Part shown: piece after piece, positions 57,587 to 64,000 of the stretch
Numbering within the stretch: the stretch's first letter is position 1
Layout of the letters: every line of letters starts with the position of its first letter
Origin: a virus
DNA length: 64,000 nt
Virus record (IMG/VR): IMGVR_UViG_3300008113_000144
Location: 1 to 64,000 of that record
Strand: one strand, 5' to 3'
Notes under the pieces: generated by a model
What the model saw: the letters and a program-made list of their open reading frames with translations, nothing else
Told to the model about the DNA's origin: nothing
Databases searched by the model: none
Program-made: the position numbers and the translations under genes

Positions 57587-57644
57587 CAGTATAGACCATA
57601 AAAAAGGGGGCGTCAACCCCCCTGTGTCGGTTTCAGAACTGTCC
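57587..57644 (-). promoter_or_regulatory. Early promoter with palindrome and overlapping terminator hairpin
   Basis: GGGGGGTTGACGCCCCC-T6 then TATACT; near copy of the 50384-50440 element. Confidence 0.8.
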
Positions 57645-58103
57645 TTTACCCTGCCCCACATCAAATACCCAGATGCCACGCTGAACCCACATGTTTACAA
57701 CACGCTGGCGATCATCAAAGACACCCAGAATCATGTGAGTTTTGAGGATTTCATCAGCAATCTCGCCTTTGACGACGGCATCATCACGATGATCTTTATA
57801 CTTTCTCATATACAGACCATCCCATTTGAAACCAAAGGCAGTCAACCACTCTTCTGTTTGCTCACGATAGTCGTCTGATCGACCAGATACAAAGAACAAA
57901 TCACAATCCATGGTTCCTTTGCTAGCATGTAGTGCTTTATACACATAATCTACTGCTAGATGAGGAACATCTTGTCCCAATCCTTTGTTCCAAGCATCCC
58001 AATTACGGGGTTTAGTTGCTACGTATTGACGACGATGGCGAACATCACAGATGGTGCCATCGAGATCGAAAACGAAGCACTTCTTTCGTACCACATTCGA
58101 CAT
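57633..58103 (-). CDS. HAD-family polynucleotide 3'-phosphatase (PseT C-terminal domain as a stand-alone gene)
   Basis: FDLDGT, VSGR, LYMR...R.D..VK, VFDDRQRVVNMW. Confidence 0.9.
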   Translation of the reverse strand: MSNVVRKKCFVFDLDGTICDVRHRRQYVATKPRNWDAWNKGLGQDVPHLAVDYVYKALHASKGTMDCDLFFVSGRSDDYREQTEEWLTAFGFKWDGLYMRKYKDHRDDAVVKGEIADEILKTHMILGVFDDRQRVVNMWVQRGIWVFDVGQGKGQF

Positions 58104-58554
58104 AATCAAATCCTTCTGCTACAGTTGGTTTTTCAAATTGATGATACATTCTTTTCAGAATGTCTTTAGGAATAAACTTACCGTCACGATGATTGTTTCG
58201 TTCCAGTGCTTCCTCTAGAGTAATTTCAAAGTAAATTGCTCCTCTATGATAGTATGATGGCAGTTTATTCAGTTTTTTCTTTCGTGCTTTGGCACTAAGA
58301 TTGGTCTGATCCCAGATAATATCTTTACCATTGTCGATGGCATATGGGATCAGTTTCTCCATCATCCATGTTGCTTCTTTGATATACTTATCGAACACTT
58401 CATTATACGTTTTGCCCTCTTTTTTGGCATAGTAATCAATGTAGTAGTCCGTCGAGAGAACCACAGAATTTTTCCAATAATCCAGAGCAAGAAGTTTATC
58501 CACATAGGTAGATTTCCCGCTGGTGGGGATACCACAAAGCATTACACATTCCAT
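58045..58554 (-). CDS. P-loop polynucleotide 5'-kinase (PseT N-terminal / AAA_33)
   Basis: LCGIPTSGKST, LSTD, DQTNL...R, RN..R, PTVAEGF. Confidence 0.88.
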   Translation of the reverse strand: MECVMLCGIPTSGKSTYVDKLLALDYWKNSVVLSTDYYIDYYAKKEGKTYNEVFDKYIKEATWMMEKLIPYAIDNGKDIIWDQTNLSAKARKKKLNKLPSYYHRGAIYFEITLEEALERNNHRDGKFIPKDILKRMYHQFEKPTVAEGFDYVECGTKEVLRFRSRWHHL

Positions 58555-59711
58555 TGAAGACCTCCGAAGAGCCAACGATTTTGGTCAATTTTAGTTTGAG
58601 TGGTGAGTGATTTGCTGATCATGTCAACGATAGTAGCACGGGATCCTTTGCCGCCTTTCATAGCATACATGATGGGGGCGTGGATTGGCAAGATTTTGGT
58701 CTGAACAAACTGGGTAGCGAAATCCTTTTTATCAGGATACATGGTGTTACCAGCATTATACATGTCTGCCATCTCACCAGCAAGGTCGTCCACTGCCATC
58801 CAGAAGGCGTTCTGGAACGCTTTGAGGCGATGGGCGTCGTCTGGTGTCAGCAACGGAATAACGTCGTCTACAGAGTCACTGAGGATGGTCTGGAGAACGT
58901 TTTTCTCTTGGTTGATCTGTTCTTTCGATTTGTGGCGAAGAACATATTCATCCGCTTTAACTTTGACCATGTGACCAGAATCAAAGCGAAGAACAACACC
59001 TTCACCATCATCCCATTCACGAACTTGCTTTACAAACAACTCAATGTTTTGAACAGCAAGACCAGCAAGTGCTTTTACGACAGGAATACCAGAATGTTCT
59101 GCCAGTTCAACCATATTATAATAGGGAAGATAAGTCCCACTGAAAGTATTACGGATACCAGTGAGAATCAGTTGATCTTCTGGATAATCTACAACGATAC
59201 GATTTTTACGAGAACACCACTCAAAAATAGGAGTCAGTTTAGCATCAATACAACCACGAATGAAATCATAGTAATCTAAATCATCAGCAATGAAATACTC
59301 AGCATTCATCGCTACCTCAGTAATACCTGCTTTGGTAGCAAGACGGAAACCTTCTTTGGTAGGGATCGGACGAATCATAGACCCATCCAGTTTCTCCAGC
59401 ACTACATGAGGTTCATATAGATTAATTTTATTGATTGCCGTTTCTTCACGCTCACCAGCATTGAAAAACTTGTGATACGGACGGGAGATAAGATTGCCAG
59501 TGGCAGTATCAAAGATCAGACCACGACATTCACGACGAATTTTCATGTTGTAATGAGATCGCTCACGAATGAGAGAGAAAGTATCCTCAAATGCTACCAT
59601 GTAGTTGATAACAGTATACCAATCCTTCTCCATGACCTTGAACTCAGGACGATCTTCGATGTGTGGAATCACATCGTCAATATGTTTGATCTCAGGAAAA
59701 TCGTAATTCAT
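58542..59711 (-). CDS. rnlA: RNA ligase 1 (T4 RnlA-like)
   Basis: RECRGLIFD, SRPYHKFFN, EKLDGS, FEW...NRIVV, EGVV, KVKADEY. Confidence 0.9.
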   Translation of the reverse strand: MNYDFPEIKHIDDVIPHIEDRPEFKVMEKDWYTVINYMVAFEDTFSLIRERSHYNMKIRRECRGLIFDTATGNLISRPYHKFFNAGEREETAINKINLYEPHVVLEKLDGSMIRPIPTKEGFRLATKAGITEVAMNAEYFIADDLDYYDFIRGCIDAKLTPIFEWCSRKNRIVVDYPEDQLILTGIRNTFSGTYLPYYNMVELAEHSGIPVVKALAGLAVQNIELFVKQVREWDDGEGVVLRFDSGHMVKVKADEYVLRHKSKEQINQEKNVLQTILSDSVDDVIPLLTPDDAHRLKAFQNAFWMAVDDLAGEMADMYNAGNTMYPDKKDFATQFVQTKILPIHAPIMYAMKGGKGSRATIVDMISKSLTTQTKIDQNRWLFGGLQWNV

Positions 59712-59778
59712 GATTTTGTTTGAATTGTTGATAGTATAAAACCCCTCAACACAATTGTCAAGGGGTCATTGATAAGTG

Positions 59779-60192
59779 TTACGGATAGTGAGCAAGGATT
59801 TCAACAGTATATTTTATCTGTCCGCCAAACCCAGTAAATGTTGGGTCAACTTCTGCTTTAATTTCTGTTATAACTCCCTTTCCTCTTGCTACATCTTCCA
59901 TAACTTTATGGAATTGCTGTTCGATATTTGTTTGATATGGGATAGCAACATTTCTGTGATATGTTCCTATCGTTGAACATGTTATTCCATTAGAAACGAG
60001 AAGATTATTTGGATGAACATAATTACCAGTTAAAGTAATTCCTGTGTTTGTTAGTTGTGCTGTAGGAATTACAAACTGATCTTGTTCTTCTTCAACTTTT
60101 TCGGTAGTTTCTTCTATTACTTCTTCTATAGATTCTGGTTTTTCGCCATAAACTTCTTCAAATTTATCAAGTAGTGGGTTGCTCATAATCAT
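59779..60192 (-). CDS. Hypothetical protein
   Basis: 137-aa acidic ORF. Confidence 0.65.
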   Translation of the reverse strand: MIMSNPLLDKFEEVYGEKPESIEEVIEETTEKVEEEQDQFVIPTAQLTNTGITLTGNYVHPNNLLVSNGITCSTIGTYHRNVAIPYQTNIEQQFHKVMEDVARGKGVITEIKAEVDPTFTGFGGQIKYTVEILAHYP

Positions 60193-60526
60193 CGTCCCAT
60201 GGTGCTTTATGACTTAATACTCTAGCAATACTTTCATTAAATTGTGGTGGTTCGTTAAGTTTTTCCACAAGATTATCAAAATCTTCTTTCGATAATGTAA
60301 TACGTTCTGGCGGATAAGATCCTTTCCCCCAGAACTCTTCAAACCTATGAACGTAATTCATATGATCCCAACCATGATTGAGATTCAACCAAAAATCAGC
60401 ATATCGTTGGTGATCATCCATTCTCCAATAATCATGATTAATAAGACGATACCAATACCAGAAAATTGTATACTTAATCGGACTAAATCCGATTATCCAC
60501 TTGTTTAGCCACACTGGAAAGTTCAT
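60167..60526 (-). CDS. Trp-rich protein with DUF1778/TacA-like C-terminus
   Basis: ERITLSKEDFDNLVEKLNEPPQFNESIARVL...APW. Confidence 0.6.
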   Translation of the reverse strand: MNFPVWLNKWIIGFSPIKYTIFWYWYRLINHDYWRMDDHQRYADFWLNLNHGWDHMNYVHRFEEFWGKGSYPPERITLSKEDFDNLVEKLNEPPQFNESIARVLSHKAPWDDDYEQPTT

Positions 60527-62077
60527 TGTCGATACCAGTTCAAATCACGTTGACGATAAGCAAGGAAATCAAATGAGAATGTCAGTTTGTAGATAGTAAT
60601 TGTAAATCCAAACAAACTTTCTCCTAAAATATTAACTAGAAGAATAGGTCTACATGGCCAATCATTCCAATCAAAGTTAAATTGAAACAGATTGAATAAA
60701 TTTGTACAAAATATGTTCAGATACCATTCATGACCAAAATCATAACAATAAAAGTAATCAAACAATTTCACGGCAAGTTCTCCAGTTCTTTGGATAATCT
60801 CATCATATCACCCTTGTCGATCACTGTCAAGTTGTCCAGTCTTGCTGCTGTCATGGTCTTGACATGTTCCATGGTTTTACGAATAATAGCAGCGACCAGC
60901 TTTTGCTCTGTATCTGCCCAAGTGTTTCTTTCATTCCACACTTGTTCCATTAGTTTTTGTGCTCTTTCTGTCATTGGTCACATAAGTCCATAGGTGGATA
61001 ATAGGTTCTGGTATCTCCAGTTTCGGATGTCATCTTATCATTCATCTCAAACCATGTCAAGTTAAGCATATACCAGAACGTTGCCCAATATCCATCATAC
61101 CATGTCAGACCATCACCTTCGTCAGCATAATGTGCCCACTCAACTGTATCAGTTGGCAGCGACATCCAATGCTTCCAATAATCAAAAATGAGTGTAGTAT
61201 GTTTGAGTGTTTCCATAATTAAGATAATGCCAAAAAAGTTTTCTCATTCTATCTTCATTTGGGTATCCATCAAGATGGTTCCACATATGATTTCTCCAAG
61301 AATATACACAATACTCAAAGAGATAGAGTGATGTCCAGATAGTCCATTTCTTCCAAGTATCTTTTGTCACTTGAGAACCTCATCAACATCAACAACACCA
61401 TAACCATCAATACCAAGTTTAAACCTTACAAAATCAGTAAGGTCTGTAGCATCTTGTTCATAAACACAGTACCCACCATTACTATCACTTTCAGTGTAGT
61501 TGGTGAAATAATCGTCAAATGCTACCATAATGGCAAGAGCACGAGACTGATCATGTTCTGTAATGGTCTTATGTGGATGTGCCACAATACGAGTGATACA
61601 ATCAAACAACTCTTCACGGGTGTAAGAAAATGCTTTTGCTTCTTCGTTGAGTTTGTAAGTCATAGATCATACGGGTGTTGAGGGTCTCTGGTCCAAAGTT
61701 TAGTATATACTAGCCATTTTTCTTGTTTGCTGTCCATTTCAGCAGTCCAGTGGATACCATTCTCATCAATAGCATCAAGGTAATGAATACCTTTACGGTC
61801 ATCAATTACACGGGTAACAGTTATAAACTTTACTTTTTCAACCATCCTTCCACTCCTCGTAGCGTGTTCGGATTCTACCATCATTCACAAAAACATTCAA
61901 GTGCCCTGTGCTACCATTCTCAAAATAGAATGCCATCCACACATGATGCCCTTCATCCATCACCTCATAATGATATGCTTTGATGTTATCAAGCAGAAAC
62001 TCATCAGGGTCGTAGAGTTCTTTATCCATGATTAAGAGAAGTTGTAGTGAACACGAGTGTGGAAATCTTTGTAGCAA
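60523..62077 (-). CDS. Run of seven small hypothetical proteins (60523-60771, 60768-60974, 60971-61216, 61182-61370, 61367-61663, 61660-~61884, 61838-~62029)
   Basis: Tightly overlapping minus-strand ORFs. Confidence 0.65.
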
Positions 62078-62805
62078 CTCTTATTAGAGAGCTTCATCAT
62101 CACAGGAGGAATGTAGTATGAATATTCACTGAAGAAATCTTCTTTACTGAGGAATCTGAGACCATGAAGATGCCAAGTGCCAAACTGCTCATGGAATGCT
62201 CTCACAGCACGATATTCTTTGGTTGTACAAGAAACATACCTATTGGTAGATGTTTCAAAATCTTCAGGATGACCAGGATTCGCCTGTGTCATCATAATAC
62301 ACACGGTTTGACCTTCACCTGTGCCGAAGTATTCGGAAACCATATACACCCAATGCTCATCCACTGGGAATACATCACGTTGATACTTCTGCTCGTATTC
62401 TTTCATACAAGCATCGGCAACCAGTTGAAAGTTTTCTTTCTTCTTTGCTTGTAGTTCTTCAATCAGTTCTTCATGTTCAATTTTACGAAGTTCTTTGAGA
62501 GCATCGGAATACTTATCAATACCAGCAATAGCAGTTCTCACAGCATCCATTCGTTCCTCCTTTTCAATATCAGCAAGTTCTTTTAGAGCATCGCTATTTT
62601 CAGCATACAGTTTTTCTACTGCTTCCCATGCTTTTTTGTTTGCTTCCTCTCGCTTTGCTGCTTCTTCAAGCATTTCTTCGTGTGTCATAAATCCATCGTA
62701 TTGTGTGTTTAACCAAGGAGTATCATCTTTTTTTGAAGCCCAGCCTAAATTTGGCCATGTATCACGGTAGATTTCGTTGAGTTTCTCGTTGTCATAGATC
62801 ATCAT
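62032..62805 (-). CDS. Hypothetical protein with coiled-coil N-half
   Basis: 257-aa ORF. Confidence 0.7.
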   Translation of the reverse strand: MMIYDNEKLNEIYRDTWPNLGWASKKDDTPWLNTQYDGFMTHEEMLEEAAKREEANKKAWEAVEKLYAENSDALKELADIEKEERMDAVRTAIAGIDKYSDALKELRKIEHEELIEELQAKKKENFQLVADACMKEYEQKYQRDVFPVDEHWVYMVSEYFGTGEGQTVCIMMTQANPGHPEDFETSTNRYVSCTTKEYRAVRAFHEQFGTWHLHGLRFLSKEDFFSEYSYYIPPVMMKLSNKSCYKDFHTRVHYNFS

Positions 62806-63986
62806 CTAACTCCACATCTTTTACAAGATCTTTAAGACGATCAAAGAAATCTTCATCAAGCGGAATCAGTTTTTCTTCGCCACGATCAATACGATCACAC
62901 ATTTCCATCAAATCTTCAAGGAAGAATTTAGGATAGCATTCATCTTCTCCAAGAGATACCCAAAACCATTCATAACATTCTGTAAAAGGATCGTCAGTGT
63001 GAAGTAAAGTATAATCTTTGAAATTATCTGTCATGAGATCACGCCAAATTCGGAATGCTCCATGAATACTTTGCCATCCAGTCATCCAACAGTGACCAAT
63101 CCAATACTCCCACCAATTCATTGTGGTTTTCTTAGATGCTGTTCCTTTTACAGATTTTGAAAATGTCATAGAAGATCGGAAATAATCAAGTTAACTTCTT
63201 CGATAATCTCTTCTTTGAGTTTATCGTAATCAGATTTGGGTGCCTCGCTGGTTTCTTCTTTTTCTTTTGATTTGGCAGCGTATTCAAGTTGAACAATCGT
63301 TGCTTGGAGAGTGATAATTTTGCTCTCAAGATCTCGTAAATGCTGCTCCAGGGGAACACAAGAACCAGAGTTGGTGTTGACAGTAATTTCCATGATAAAG
63401 ATTAATAAGAGTCAGTTCTTGGCGAGTTCAATGTAGAGCTTTTCGTATTTCATTTCAAGAAGCTCTACCATGTCATAATCATCATACTCCTCCAATTCAT
63501 TCAAAAGTTCCTTGGTGGTTGCCAATGAATTAAGGAGTTTTATCACTTTTAAATGTGTCATTAGTCAGACGCTCTCCAACTTCTTGCTAGTGGTGAGGAC
63601 TGATACTCTTCAACTGCTTGGAGAATCATGTGAGCAGATTCTAAAGCATCTGCTTCATCCCAGCCATCATCTTGCTGCCCACTAATATAATAAGCATACA
63701 GATGATCTTTAATCACGTCCATCAGTCGGTCATACTTGGTCATGAGATCGGTTTGAACTACAGTCAGTATAGGGGCTCAGGCGTCGTCTGTCAAGCGGTC
63801 TGTGTTGATCTTAAGATCTTTTTCCAGTTGCCTGGTCATCCTCTCAACACGCCACTTGAGAGTCCAGCGTGGGATTGGGTTGATAGGGTGAAACCTGACA
63901 ATCCACCATGCTCTCTTGAGTTGAACTCCAGCATAGCGAACCATCAGGTCAATGAATATAGCTACATTTTTATCTACTACCATCAT
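62792..63986 (-). CDS. Small hypothetical proteins (62792-63169, 63166-63393, 63561-63743, 63777->63986)
   Basis: Coupled ORFs; TTGACA-17-TATACT promoter at ~63766-63794. Confidence 0.65.
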
Positions 63987-64000
63987 ATAAGCAATGATAG

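Noticed and set aside
37042-57644. Palindrome as an NtcA (GTA-N8-TAC), CRP (TGTGA-N6-TCACA) or sigma54 site
   Set aside because: Half-sites and the 10-bp spacer do not match those consensus sequences
60261-60269. Isolated TTTTCCACA
   Set aside because: Single copy inside a coding region; compatible with chance
4084-62770. The many plus-strand ORFs in the track (e.g. 13743-14192, 37797-38459, 49530-50375, 58680-59279)
   Set aside because: They are antisense shadows of well-supported minus-strand genes, with no recognisable motifs

Overview
Segment of a T4-like cyanophage (cyanomyovirus-type) genome, with essentially all genes on the minus strand. About 1-35.9 kb is the AT-rich late tail/baseplate module: PAAR, gp25, gp6, a 3476-aa gp7, a frameshifted gp8, a 2691-aa VrlC/DUF4815-like protein, a fibre protein, and a giant virion protein running off the left edge. 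These genes are preceded by T4-type (T/A/C)TAAATA late promoters. About 36-64 kb is the early/accessory region: dozens of small ORFs under sigma70-like promoters that carry a palindromic G(A/C)CA-N10-TG(T/G)C element, plus a GP88-like protein, a 2OG-Fe(II) oxygenase, a flavin-dependent halogenase, a thioredoxin and an RNA-repair cluster (Rnl1, split Pnk kinase/phosphatase, DRB0094-type ligase). Most striking observation: the giant virion protein (1-5916, absent from the supplied ORF track) contains at least 7 repeats resembling phycobiliprotein subunits. Each keeps a KCxRDIGY motif like the phycocyanin Cys84 site and a second Cys placed like beta-Cys153/155, and the repeats are nested inside one another like brackets. 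This suggests a possibly bilin-binding virion protein. All assignments come from reading motifs by eye; no searches were run.
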